Origin: Eubacteriales bacterium
GTDB lineage: Bacteria > Bacillota > Clostridia > Oscillospirales > CAG-272
Assembly: GCA_045643765.1 (NCBI GenBank)
Contig: JAZRFS010000033.1
Span: 1-40,248 of the forward strand
Direction of reading: 5' to 3'
Length of the DNA stretch: 40,248 bases
The notes under the pieces were generated by a model, which ran no database searches, had not been told where the DNA came from, and saw nothing but the letters and a program-made list of their open reading frames with translations. Shown here one piece after another: positions 1 through 8,641 of the stretch. The position numbers were made by a program, and so were the translations under genes. The number at the start of each line of letters is the position of its first letter. Within the stretch, counting starts at the first letter, position 1.

Positions 1-1145
1 TCGCACCCTGCTTCCGTGACGAGGACGCCCGTCAGGACCGTTCTCCCGGTGTGTTCTATCAGCTCGTCTTCGAGATGTCCTTTGCTACGCAGGTGGACGT
101 GTTCGGCCTGGCCGAGCAGGTGGTTTACAACACCTTCAAGAAGTTCTCGGGCAAGGAGGTGGGCGAGCCCCCCTTCCGCCGCATTACCTTTGCTGACGCG
201 ATGCTCAAATACGGCACCGACAAGCCCGACCTTCGTAACCCCCTTGAGATCAAGGACCTCACGGGCTTCTTCGCTTCTCACGATTTCCTTGAGATCAACG
301 GCAGAACCATTCCCTTCAAGAACAAGCTGGTACGCGGCATCGTTGCCAACTACCTTGTCAAGAAGGACGGCGAGGGCGACGGCAAGAAGGCATTTGAAAA
401 GGCAATCGACACCTACTCCCGCAGCATTGGCATGAAGTTCGGCTGTGGCTATATCACGCTGGAGGGCGGCGAGTACAAGGGCCCGATCGCGAAGTTCCTT
501 TCCGAGGAGGAGAAGGCTGAGCTGACCGCACTTTGCGGCATCCAGGAGGGCGACTCCCTGTTCTTCATCAGCGATGCTCCCACCGTCATCAACTCTCTGG
601 CAGGTCAGATGCGCACCTGGATCGGCAACGAGCTTGGTCTTATCAAGAACGATCGCTTTGAGTTCTGCTTCATCGTGGACTTCCCGATGTACGAGCGCAA
701 CGAGGAGACCGGCAAGATCGACTTCACCCACAACCCCTTCTCGATGCCCCAGGGCGGTATGGACGCGCTGCTGAATAAGGATCCGCTTGAGATCTTTGCT
801 TACCAGTACGACATCGTGTGCAACGGCGTGGAGCTTTCCTCCGGTGCCGTTCGTAACCACAACCCCGAGATCATGCGCAAGGCGTTTGAGATCGCGGGCT
901 ACGGCGAGGAGGACGTTAAGGCGAAGTTCGGTGCCCTTTACACCGCATTCTCCTACGGTGCACCGCCCCACGCGGGCATGGCACCCGGCGTTGACCGCAT
1001 GATCATGCTGATCGCCGAGGAGGACACCATCCGCGACGTCATCGCGTTCCCGCTTAACGGCAACGCGCAGGATCTGATGATGGGTGCGCCCGGTGAGGTC
1101 ACCGAGCAGCAGCTGCGCGAGGTCCACATCAAGGTTCGTGACTAA
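1..1145 (+). CDS. aspS: Aspartate--tRNA ligase, C-terminal ~380 aa (5' end outside the window; frame begins at base 3)
   Basis: The frame is open to the window edge, with the stop at 1143-1145. The translation carries class IIb AspRS blocks: FRRITFADAMLKYGTDKPDLRNP, FTHNPFSMP, GVELSSGAVRNHNPE and FSYGAPPHAGMAPGVDRMIML (motif 3). Confidence 0.95.
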   Translation, partial: APCFRDEDARQDRSPGVFYQLVFEMSFATQVDVFGLAEQVVYNTFKKFSGKEVGEPPFRRITFADAMLKYGTDKPDLRNPLEIKDLTGFFASHDFLEINGRTIPFKNKLVRGIVANYLVKKDGEGDGKKAFEKAIDTYSRSIGMKFGCGYITLEGGEYKGPIAKFLSEEEKAELTALCGIQEGDSLFFISDAPTVINSLAGQMRTWIGNELGLIKNDRFEFCFIVDFPMYERNEETGKIDFTHNPFSMPQGGMDALLNKDPLEIFAYQYDIVCNGVELSSGAVRNHNPEIMRKAFEIAGYGEEDVKAKFGALYTAFSYGAPPHAGMAPGVDRMIMLIAEEDTIRDVIAFPLNGNAQDLMMGAPGEVTEQQLREVHIKVRD

Positions 1146-1178
1146 TTCACAACACACATTCTAAACGGAGGTCTTACA

Positions 1179-1460
1179 ATGGAAAAAGACACTTTGTTGC
1201 TTTTGGAAAAAGTAAACCAGCTTTCCCTCACGGAAGACGAGCGCGCAAAGGTGCTTGCCTTCTTCGAGGGTGCTGAAAAGGATAAAGCCGCGCTGGACGC
1301 CATCGACACCGAGAACGTCACGCGTATGGTTCACGCCCTGCCCATCGGCACCGTCGTGCGCGAGGACGTGGCGAAGAAGATCTTTACCCGCGATGAGCTG
1401 CAAAAGGGCGCGCCCGAAGTGATGGACGGCTACTGGCAGGTTCCCCGCGTGGTGGAATAA
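1179..1460 (+). CDS. gatC: Asp/Glu-tRNA amidotransferase subunit C
   Basis: 93-aa ORF with a GGAGG RBS 7 nt upstream. Its size, its position between aspS and the gatA-like gene, and the LSLTEDE...LD.IDTENV pattern are typical of GatC. Confidence 0.85.
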   Translation: MEKDTLLLLEKVNQLSLTEDERAKVLAFFEGAEKDKAALDAIDTENVTRMVHALPIGTVVREDVAKKIFTRDELQKGAPEVMDGYWQVPRVVE

Positions 1461-1473
1461 GGAGGGGTACGGT

Positions 1474-2583
1474 ATGAAAAAGATTATGCTGGATCAGATG
1501 ATCCTCACCACCTGCTGCCCCACCAACGCCGGCTCCAAAATGCTGGATGGCTACGTGAGCCCCTTTGCCGCCACCGTGGTGGAAAAGCTGGGCGAGGGCT
1601 ATGAGATCGCGTGCAAGCCGAGCAAGGCTCCCGTTGGCGAGTTCGCCATCGACCTTGTGGGCGAGACCTGCTTTGCAGGTGCCGCCGACAGCGCAGAAGC
1701 GCTGAAAAACGACACCGTTTCGGCACTTATTTCCCTTGACGTCAACGGCGCACCCCGCCGTGTGGCTGCACAACAGGGGCTTGTATTCGCAAAGCCCACC
1801 TACGGCATCGTTTCCCGTTACGGCACGGTACCCGTGGCTTGCTCGGGTGAGTGCGTGGGCGTGATGGCAAAGACCGCAGCTGATTGCCGCGAGGTGCTCT
1901 CTGCCATCGTCGGCAAGGACGAGCGCGACGGCACGATGCACGCCGATGAGGTCTGCCAAGCCGCTGTGGCAAACGCCGCCCCCGTAAAGAAGGTCGCACT
2001 GCTTAAGATGGAGGGCTCCGACAGCGCCGAGATCGCTGCTGCAAAGGCAGAAATGGCGGCAAACGGTATTGAAATTTGCGAAATTGACGCAGGCGTGATC
2101 GCCACGGCAAACGCCGCTTGGAACATGCTGATGTGCGCCGAGCTTTGCAACAACGTATCCCGCTATGACGGCGTGAAGTACGGCTACCGCACCAAGAATT
2201 ACAAGAGTTTGGACGAGCTTTACACCAACAGCCGCACCGAGGCGTTCGGCCTTTTGCTCAAGACCGCGATCCTGTACGGCTCTGACGTGCTTTCCACCAA
2301 GAACTATATGGCAAAGTACGACAAGGCGATGCGCGTGCGCCGCGTGATCAGCGAAGCGTTTGCTACGATCTTTGCCGAGTTTGATGCTGTACTGCTTCCC
2401 GCTTGCTCTAAGATGGCGTACACCGACACGGACAGCGCCTTCGTGGAAAACAAGTACACCGCTCCCGCACAGATGGCGGGTCTGCCCGCCGTGGTTGCTG
2501 CGGGCGTGCAGGTGATGGGCCCCGCCTTCTCGGACGGTGCGCTCCTCGCCCTTGCCGCACTTCTTACAAAGGAGGGCAAATAA
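1474..2583 (+). CDS. GatA-family (amidase-fold) subunit, short (369 aa) and apparently lacking the catalytic Ser-cisSer-Lys triad
   Basis: AAGGAGGGG RBS. Conserved GatA blocks are present: SKMLDGYVSPF..VVEKL, KPTYGIVSRYG, SRYDGVKYGYR, LDELYTNSRTEAFG and MAGLPAVV. The GGSSGGS and DTGGSIR signature positions read FAGAADS and DVNGAPR. The gene starts 13 nt after gatC and ends 1 nt before gatB. Confidence 0.85.
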   Translation: MKKIMLDQMILTTCCPTNAGSKMLDGYVSPFAATVVEKLGEGYEIACKPSKAPVGEFAIDLVGETCFAGAADSAEALKNDTVSALISLDVNGAPRRVAAQQGLVFAKPTYGIVSRYGTVPVACSGECVGVMAKTAADCREVLSAIVGKDERDGTMHADEVCQAAVANAAPVKKVALLKMEGSDSAEIAAAKAEMAANGIEICEIDAGVIATANAAWNMLMCAELCNNVSRYDGVKYGYRTKNYKSLDELYTNSRTEAFGLLLKTAILYGSDVLSTKNYMAKYDKAMRVRRVISEAFATIFAEFDAVLLPACSKMAYTDTDSAFVENKYTAPAQMAGLPAVVAAGVQVMGPAFSDGALLALAALLTKEGK

Positions 2584-2584
2584 G

Positions 2585-4021
2585 ATGAAATTTGAAACCG
2601 TTATCGGCTTGGAAGTCCACGTAGAAATGGCGACCAAGTCCAAGATCTTCTGCGCCTGCTCCGCCGAGTTCGGCGGCGAGCAGAACGACCACGTCTGCCC
2701 TGCTTGCTGCGGTATGCCCGGCATGCTTCCCATCGTGAACAAGAAGGTGGTGGAGCTTGGCATGACCGCCGGTATGATGCTGAACTGCCACATCAACCGC
2801 ACCACCACGTTTGACAAAAAGAGCTACTACTATCCCGACCTGCCTGCCGCCTACCAGACCACCCAGTGGTTCGCCCCCGTTGCCGTGAACGGCACGGTGG
2901 AGATCGAGACCTCGAAGGGCAAGAAGGCGATCCGCATCAAGCAGATCCACATGGAGGAGGACGCAGGTAAGCTGGTACACGACGATTGGACGGACACCAC
3001 GCTGGTTGACTTCAACCGCACGAGCGTGCCGCTGATTGAGATCGTCAGCCAGCCCGACCTTTCCTCTGCCGAGGAGGTTGTGGCATACCTGGAAAGACTT
3101 CGTTCCCTTCTTCGCTTTGCAAAGGTATCCGACTGCCGCATGGAGCAGGGCTCGATGCGCTGTGACGTGAACCTTTCCGTCCGCCCCGAGGGCAGCGACA
3201 AGCTCGGTGTTCGTACCGAGATGAAGAACATGAACTCGCTTTCCGCCATCGTGCGCGCCATCGAGTACGAAACGGCACGTCACATCGACGCGATCGAGAA
3301 CGGCACCGAGGTACTGGTACAGGAAACGCGCCGCTGGGACGACGTGAAGGGCAAGAGCTTTGCGATGCGCTCCAAGGAGACCGCAGGCGATTACCGCTAC
3401 TTCCCCGACCCCAACATCATGCCCATCGTCATTGACGACGTGTGGTACGAGAACGTGCAGAACACTCTGCCCGAATTCCCCGAGGTCAAGCTGGCACGCT
3501 ACACGGGCGAGCTTGGTCTTAGCGATTACGATGCAGGCCTGCTTACCGACAGCCGCGCGCTGTGCGACGCCTTTGAGGGTGCACTTGCCGTTTGCGGCAG
3601 TGCCAAAGAAGCAGCCAACTGGCTGATCTCCGACTGTATGAACCTCCTCAACAAGCGTCAGATGACCACCGACCAGTTCGCAGTGGACGGCAAGGCGCTG
3701 GGTGGCCTCATCAAGCTTGTCATGGACGGCAAGGTCGGTCGCGGCAACGCCAAGAAGATCCTTGAGGTGATGTTCGACGAGCAGATCGATCCCGCCAAGT
3801 ACGCCGAGGAGAACGGCTTTATCGTATCCAACGATACGGGGCTTATCGACAAGGTGATCAAGGAAGCGATCGCCGCAGACCCCAAGGCCGTTGCCGACTT
3901 CAAGGGCGGCAAGGAAAAGGCGTTGATGGCGCTGTTTGGCAAGTGCATGAAGCAGCTGAAGGGCAACTGTGACCCGCAGGTGCTGCGCACGATGCTGATT
4001 GACGAAATCAATAAGGCATAA
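2585..4021 (+). CDS. gatB: Asp/Glu-tRNA amidotransferase subunit B
   Basis: I chose the internal ATG at 2585 (AAGGAGGG RBS 9 nt upstream) over the track start at 2537. MKFETVIGLEVHVEM, FDKKSYYYPDLP..YQTTQ and a C-terminal YqeY-like tail are canonical GatB. Confidence 0.95.
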   Translation: MKFETVIGLEVHVEMATKSKIFCACSAEFGGEQNDHVCPACCGMPGMLPIVNKKVVELGMTAGMMLNCHINRTTTFDKKSYYYPDLPAAYQTTQWFAPVAVNGTVEIETSKGKKAIRIKQIHMEEDAGKLVHDDWTDTTLVDFNRTSVPLIEIVSQPDLSSAEEVVAYLERLRSLLRFAKVSDCRMEQGSMRCDVNLSVRPEGSDKLGVRTEMKNMNSLSAIVRAIEYETARHIDAIENGTEVLVQETRRWDDVKGKSFAMRSKETAGDYRYFPDPNIMPIVIDDVWYENVQNTLPEFPEVKLARYTGELGLSDYDAGLLTDSRALCDAFEGALAVCGSAKEAANWLISDCMNLLNKRQMTTDQFAVDGKALGGLIKLVMDGKVGRGNAKKILEVMFDEQIDPAKYAEENGFIVSNDTGLIDKVIKEAIAADPKAVADFKGGKEKALMALFGKCMKQLKGNCDPQVLRTMLIDEINKA

Positions 4022-4023
4022 CG

Positions 4024-4057
4024 AAAAGCCCACGCTCGTGCGAGCGTGGGCTTTTTT
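4024..4057 (+). terminator. Rho-independent terminator of the aspS-gatCAB unit
   Basis: GCCCACGCTC-GTGC-GAGCGTGGGC, a 10-bp stem, followed by TTTTTT. Confidence 0.85.
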
Positions 4058-4083
4058 CGATATTTGCCACTGTGCGACACCTC

Positions 4084-4112
4084 TTGACAATTTTCGCGCG
4101 AAAAGCTATAAT
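4084..4112 (+). promoter_or_regulatory. Sigma-70-type promoter for the DUF1295 gene
   Basis: TTGACA, a 17-nt spacer, then TATAAT, about 30 nt upstream of the start at 4143. Confidence 0.65.
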
Positions 4113-4142
4113 AATACCAAATCTTATGGCAAGGAGCGAACT

Positions 4143-5003
4143 ATGACCTTCAAACAAAACCGTGCGCTTTCCTTTCTTGCTGTCACGCTGATCTACGTGG
4201 CGGCGGCAGTGGGTGGGATCGCGCTGTATTTACATCTTCCCTTTGATTGGTGGCTTTCTCTCCTCGTCGCCGACGTGGCGGCGACCGTGTTCACCTTCCT
4301 TTTCAGCGTGCTTTTGAAAAATGCCTCGGTGTACGATCCCTACTGGAGCGTACAGCCGCTTGTGATCCTGTTTGCTTTTGCCGCACGAAACGGCTTTACC
4401 CCCACACGTGTGCTGATTTTAGCCGCCGTAACGCTTTGGGGCGTGCGCCTGACGGCGAACTGGGCATACACCTTCGGGGATCTCACGCACGAGGATTGGC
4501 GCTATCGGATGCTGCACGAAAAGACAGGAAAATTCTACCCGTTCATCAATTTTATCGGCATACATATGGTGCCCACACTGGTGGTTTACGGCTGCACACT
4601 GCCCGCCGCTTATGCGATGCTGCATACCGCCACGATCAACGTCGGTTCGCTGCTGTGCCTTCTTCTTTGCCTGCTTGCCGTCCTTTTGCAGGGCACGGCA
4701 GATATTCAGATGCACCGCTACCGCCAAAACCGCACGGTTCCCTTTATCCGCACAGGAGTTTGGAAGCACTCGCGCCACCCCAATTACTTGGCCGAGATCC
4801 TGATGTGGTGGGGCATCGCGGGCGCGGTCACGTGCCTGTTCCCCTCCGCGTGGGTTCTGTGCGCAGGGGCGTTTGCCAACACGCTTCTGTTCCTTTTCGT
4901 CAGCATTCCGCTGGCAGACGGCAGACAAAGCCGCAAGGAGGGCTTTACCGCATACAAGCGCGAAACGCGTATGCTGTTGCCGCTTCCCCGTCATTTCAAA
5001 TAA
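4143..5003 (+). CDS. DUF1295 / steroid-5-alpha-reductase-like polytopic membrane protein
   Basis: The ATG at 4143 has an AAGGAG RBS; the longer track start at 3999 overlaps the terminator. The product has multiple TM segments and the family motif GVWKHSRHPNYLAEILMWWG. Confidence 0.8.
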   Translation: MTFKQNRALSFLAVTLIYVAAAVGGIALYLHLPFDWWLSLLVADVAATVFTFLFSVLLKNASVYDPYWSVQPLVILFAFAARNGFTPTRVLILAAVTLWGVRLTANWAYTFGDLTHEDWRYRMLHEKTGKFYPFINFIGIHMVPTLVVYGCTLPAAYAMLHTATINVGSLLCLLLCLLAVLLQGTADIQMHRYRQNRTVPFIRTGVWKHSRHPNYLAEILMWWGIAGAVTCLFPSAWVLCAGAFANTLLFLFVSIPLADGRQSRKEGFTAYKRETRMLLPLPRHFK

Positions 5004-5018
5004 GCACCATAACGGTAT
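5003..5018 (+). repeat. Divergent copy of the 16-nt motif AGTGCCGNAACGGTAY (here AGCACCATAACGGTAT)
   Basis: It starts on the last A of the TAA stop at 5001-5003. It retains the ACC...GGT stem and the AACGGTAT half. See the motif finding. Confidence 0.45.
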
Positions 5019-5019
5019 G

Positions 5020-5060
5020 AAAAACACCGCAGATCGCGTTTGCAATCTGCGGTGTTTTTT
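5020..5060. terminator. Bidirectional terminator between the convergent DUF1295 gene and nrdG
   Basis: AAAAACACCGCAGAT...ATCTGCGGTGTTTTTT: a stem flanked by an A-run and a T-run. Confidence 0.85.
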
Positions 5061-5577
5061 AATTGTCCCAAAGGACAACTTCACCCGCCTCGCGGGTCTT
5101 GTTCATATCAATGAGGCGCTGGTTCTCCGAGCCGCGGAAGCGCAGCCGGATATTCTTTTTGGCAAGCACGAAGCGCCCGTCCACCAGTACGTCAAGCATG
5201 GAAAGCATCTCGTCGGTGACCTCGCATCTCGCGCGGCTCTCGCCCGTCAGCTGCTCCAGCGTGTAACCGCTGTAACACCAGATCGTTTTTTTCGGGAACA
5301 CTTCCCTCACCCGCTTCAAAAACGGGAGCAGGGCGCGTTGATTATCCGGCTCAAAGGGCTCGCCGCCAAGCAGCGTCAGTCCCGCGATATAATCGGGGGC
5401 AAGTGCCTCCAGCAGCTCCTCTTGCACGGCACCGTCAAAGGGCGCGCCGTAGTCAAAATCCCACGCGATCTCGTTGAAGCACCCCTCGCAGCGGTGCGTG
5501 CAGCCCGATACGAACAGGGATACACGCACGCCGGGACCATCGGCGATGTCGCGTTTTTTGATGGTTGCAAAATTCAT
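5059..5577 (-). CDS. nrdG: Anaerobic ribonucleoside-triphosphate reductase activating protein (radical SAM)
   Basis: The N-terminus, DGPGVRVSLFVSGCTHRCEGCFN, carries the CxxxCxxC motif. The gene lies 3 nt downstream of nrdD. Confidence 0.95.
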   Translation of the reverse strand: MNFATIKKRDIADGPGVRVSLFVSGCTHRCEGCFNEIAWDFDYGAPFDGAVQEELLEALAPDYIAGLTLLGGEPFEPDNQRALLPFLKRVREVFPKKTIWCYSGYTLEQLTGESRARCEVTDEMLSMLDVLVDGRFVLAKKNIRLRFRGSENQRLIDMNKTREAGEVVLWDN

Positions 5578-5580
5578 AGC

Positions 5581-7764
5581 TTACAGGTGAAGTACGCGCT
5601 CCTGGATCTCCTGCGTACGGCCCTGATTCCAGTACTGAGAGCCGATATAGCCGCAGGTACGGCGTGCCACGTTCATCGTGTTCTGGTCGCGGTTGTGGCA
5701 ATTGGGGCACTCCCAAACCAGCTTGCCGTCGTCCTTGACGATCTGGATCTCGCCGTCAAAGCCGCACACCTGGCAATAGTCGCTCTTGGTGTTCAGCTCG
5801 GCGTACATAATGTTGTCGTAGATGAACTTCATCACGTCAAGCACGGCATCCAGGTTGTCCTGCATATTGGGCACCTCGACGTAGCTGATCGCGCCGCCGG
5901 GGGAAAGCTCCTGGAACTTTGCCTCGAATGCGAGCTTGTCGAACGCGTCGATCGGCTCAGTCACGTGGACGTGATAGGAGTTGGTGATATAGCTCTTGTC
6001 GGTGACACCGGGGATCTTGCCGAAGCGCTTCTGCAAGCACTTGGCGAACTTGTAGGTGGTGGACTCCAGGGGGGTACCGTACAGCGAGTAGTGAATGTTT
6101 TCAGCTGCCTTCCACTTGGCGCAGGCTTCGTTGAGCTTTTGCATGATCTCAAGACCGAGCTTCTCGCCCTCGGGATCGGTCAGTTTCTTGCCGATCAGTG
6201 CGTAAACACATTCCCAAAGACCGGCGTAACCAAGCGAAATGGTGGAGTAACCGCCGTGCAAGAGCTTCGTGATGGGCTCGCCCTTCTTCAGTCTTGCAAG
6301 CGCGCCGTACTGCCAAAGGATGGGCGCGGCGTCGGAAAGCGTACCCTCCAAGCGCTCGTGGCGGCACTGCAATGCGCGGTGGCACAGCTCCAGGCGATCC
6401 TCGAGAATTTCCCAGAAGCGGTCAAGGTTGCGACCGTCCTTGCAGGCGGAGCAAGCGGCGTCAATGAGGTTGATGGTGACAACGCCCTGATTGAAGCGAC
6501 CGTAGTACTTTGCCTTGCCGTTTTCATCCACCCAAGGGGTGAGGAAGGAGCGGCAGCCCATACAGGTGTAGCAGTTGCCGTCGCCATTGCTGTCCACCTT
6601 GAGCTTGAGCATCATCTTTTCGGAAATATAGTCGGGCACCATACGGCGTGCGGTGCACTTTGCCGCCAGCTTGGTGAGATCCCAGTAAGGAGAATTCTCG
6701 TGAATGTTATCCTCCTCCAACACGTAAATAAGCTTGGGGAAGGCAGGGGTGACGTAAACGCCAGCCTCGTTCTTTACGCCCGTGTAGCGCTGCTCAAGCA
6801 CCTCGCGGATGATCAGAGCCAGATCGCGCTTCAGCGCGGGATCCTTTGCCTCGCCCAGGTACATAAACACGGTCACAAAGGGAGCCTGTCCGTTGGTGGT
6901 CAGCAGGGTGACGACCTGATACTGGATGGTCTGTACGCCGCGGCGGATCTCGTCAAGCAGGCGGTTTTCCACGATCTCAGAGATCTTCTCCTCGGTGGCA
7001 TTCACGCCAAGGCTCTTCACCTCGGCACGCACCTGACGGGTGATCTTCTCGCGGGACACCTGCACGAAGGGCGCCAGGTGCGTGAGCGAAATGCTCTGAC
7101 CGCCGTACTGGTTGGAGGCAACCTGCGCGATGATCTGCGTGGCAATGTTGCAGGCGGTGGAGAAGCTGTGCGGCTTTTCGATCAGCGTACCGCTGATGAC
7201 AGTGCCGTTCTGCAGCATATCCTCCAGATTGACAAGATCGCAGTTGTGCATATGCTGTGCGAAATAGTCGGAGTCGTGGAAATGGATGATGCCCTCCTCG
7301 TGTGCCTTGACAATCTCCTCGGGCAGCAGCACGCGGCGCGTGAGGTCCTTGGAGACCTCGCCCGCCATATAGTCGCGCTGTACGCTGTTGACGGTGGGGT
7401 TCTTGTTGGCGTTCTCCTGCTTGGCTTCCTCGTTATTGCATTCGATCAAGGAAAGAATGCTTTCGTCAATGGTGTTGGAGCGACGCGCCAGGTTACGGGT
7501 AAAGCGGTAACGGATATAGCGCTTTGCCGTTTCGGGTGCGTTCTGCTGAATGATCAAGGTCTCGACAAGCTCCTGAATTTCCTCCACGGAAAGTGCACGG
7601 CCGATATCGTTGCAGTAGTCCTCGATCACGAAGGAGATATAGTCGATCTGTCTTGCAGTCAGCTCGGGCTTACCCTCGCCGCTTTCATTGGCTTTCTTGA
7701 TGGCGATGACGATCTTTTCACGGTCAAACGTCACCTCAGAGCCGTTTCTCTTAATGATTTTCAT
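5581..7764 (-). CDS. nrdD: Anaerobic ribonucleoside-triphosphate reductase (class III)
   Basis: Start placed at MKIIKRNG (GAGAGGGGAA RBS). The product has an N-terminal ATP-cone, a C-terminal Zn ribbon (CQVCG...CPNC) and the glycyl-radical motif RRTCGYIG. Confidence 0.97.
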   Translation of the reverse strand: MKIIKRNGSEVTFDREKIVIAIKKANESGEGKPELTARQIDYISFVIEDYCNDIGRALSVEEIQELVETLIIQQNAPETAKRYIRYRFTRNLARRSNTIDESILSLIECNNEEAKQENANKNPTVNSVQRDYMAGEVSKDLTRRVLLPEEIVKAHEEGIIHFHDSDYFAQHMHNCDLVNLEDMLQNGTVISGTLIEKPHSFSTACNIATQIIAQVASNQYGGQSISLTHLAPFVQVSREKITRQVRAEVKSLGVNATEEKISEIVENRLLDEIRRGVQTIQYQVVTLLTTNGQAPFVTVFMYLGEAKDPALKRDLALIIREVLEQRYTGVKNEAGVYVTPAFPKLIYVLEEDNIHENSPYWDLTKLAAKCTARRMVPDYISEKMMLKLKVDSNGDGNCYTCMGCRSFLTPWVDENGKAKYYGRFNQGVVTINLIDAACSACKDGRNLDRFWEILEDRLELCHRALQCRHERLEGTLSDAAPILWQYGALARLKKGEPITKLLHGGYSTISLGYAGLWECVYALIGKKLTDPEGEKLGLEIMQKLNEACAKWKAAENIHYSLYGTPLESTTYKFAKCLQKRFGKIPGVTDKSYITNSYHVHVTEPIDAFDKLAFEAKFQELSPGGAISYVEVPNMQDNLDAVLDVMKFIYDNIMYAELNTKSDYCQVCGFDGEIQIVKDDGKLVWECPNCHNRDQNTMNVARRTCGYIGSQYWNQGRTQEIQERVLHL

Positions 7765-7839
7765 ACTCTTTTCCCCTCTCTCGTTAAAACAAGGGTACCC
7801 CAAGGCACCCCTATCCTTATTTTTCTTCTTCTCTCACCA

Positions 7840-7855
7840 ACACTATATCTTGTGT
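7840..7855. promoter_or_regulatory. NrdR box 1 (downstream of the nrdD -10 element)
   Basis: ACACTATATCTTGTGT matches the NrdR consensus acaCwAtATaTwGtgt. Confidence 0.75.
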
Positions 7856-7866
7856 CGGTATGCATT

Positions 7867-7895
7867 AGTATACCACAATATAGTGCGATTGTAAA
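7867..7895 (-). promoter_or_regulatory. nrdDG promoter
   Basis: On the minus strand: TTTACA, a 17-nt spacer, then TATACT. NrdR box 2 fills the spacer. Confidence 0.6.
7872..7887. promoter_or_regulatory. NrdR box 2 (inside the nrdD promoter spacer)
   Basis: ACCACAATATAGTGCG. Its centre is about 32 bp from box 1, the usual tandem spacing for NrdR operators. Confidence 0.7.
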
Positions 7896-8022
7896 GAGTT
7901 TTGCGCACAAAATAATGCACAAAAAAAGTGTTCACAATTTGGCACTTTTTGTAACGCGACCCCCAAACCCGCATATGGAGCGGGTTTGCGGGTTTTCGCT
8001 TTACAGATTTTTTCATTTTCTA

Positions 8023-8051
8023 TTTACAAAAATTGCTTTTTGCGGTATAAT
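8023..8051 (+). promoter_or_regulatory. Promoter of the Nudix-MFS-GDPD-EamA operon
   Basis: TTTACA, a 17-nt spacer, then TATAAT, 36 nt upstream of the ATG at 8087. Confidence 0.65.
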
Positions 8052-8086
8052 AATACTGTATGAAATCCGCTTTGGGAGGGCAATTT

Positions 8087-8641
8087 ATGAATTTAGAAGA
8101 AAAAATGCTGCACTCCACCGAAATTTTTGACGGCGTAGTGGTGCATCTTTTTCGCGACGAGGTACTGTTGCCCAACGGCAACACCTCAATACGCGAGCAT
8201 ATCAAGCACGTGGGCGCGGTCTGCATCCTCCCCCTTACCGATGACGGTGAGGTCGTGCTGGAGCGGCAGTTCCGTTATCCCTTCCACGAGGTGATCACCG
8301 AAATCCCCGCAGGCAAGCTGGATCACCCCCTGGAGGATCTGCACGCGGCGGCGCTGCGTGAGCTGCGCGAGGAAACGGGTATCGTTCCGCGGGAGCTCAT
8401 CGACCTTGGCGAGTATTACGGCTCGCCCGCCATTCTCGGCGAGCGCATCCGTATGTTTCTGGCACGCGGGCTTACGTTCGGCGCGCAGGAGCTGGATGCG
8501 GATGAGTTTTTGGAGGTCTTTACGCTCCCCCTTGAAAAAGCCGTGGAAATGGTGATGGCAAACGAGCTTCCCGACGGCAAAACACAACTTGCTATCCTGA
8601 AAACCAAAGCATATATAGAAAAGGAAGGAAAACATCTATGA
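8087..8641 (+). CDS. Nudix hydrolase, ADP-ribose pyrophosphatase type
   Basis: Start at MNLEEK, with a GGGAGGG RBS 6 nt upstream. The Nudix box reads GKLDHPLEDLHAAALRELREETG. The overall layout resembles NudF/YqkG. Confidence 0.85.
   Translation: MNLEEKMLHSTEIFDGVVVHLFRDEVLLPNGNTSIREHIKHVGAVCILPLTDDGEVVLERQFRYPFHEVITEIPAGKLDHPLEDLHAAALRELREETGIVPRELIDLGEYYGSPAILGERIRMFLARGLTFGAQELDADEFLEVFTLPLEKAVEMVMANELPDGKTQLAILKTKAYIEKEGKHL

Noticed and set aside
1474-2583. The possibility that the short gatA-like gene is a frameshifted or truncated pseudogene.
   Set aside because: The ORF is continuous and has a strong RBS. It is packed tightly between gatC and gatB (13-nt and 1-nt gaps). No in-frame remnant of the missing N-terminus lies upstream. 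It is treated as an intact but divergent gene.
2537-2584. Longer N-terminal extensions proposed by the ORF track for gatB. The same issue applies to track starts at 3999, 7803, 8060, 11036, 12140, 16303, 16430, 18950, 20741, 25666, 26745, 27568, 28454, 29770, 33126, 34139, 36787, 38583 and 39649.
   Set aside because: In each case an internal ATG or GTG is preceded by a good Shine-Dalgarno sequence at 5-10 nt. That start coincides with the beginning of homology to the protein family. The extensions overlap upstream genes, terminators or promoters.
4873-8130. A very long ORF (1085 aa, plus strand) antisense to nrdG and nrdD. Similar long antisense ORFs occur at 2564-4090, 1384-2817, 12962-14512, 22472-25294, 34100-36184 and 36160-37746.
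   Set aside because: Each lies exactly opposite a confidently identified conserved gene. Their low-complexity Ala/Gly/Val/Leu/His/Arg-rich composition is typical of antisense frames in GC-rich DNA. They lack an RBS and run through intergenic terminators and promoters.
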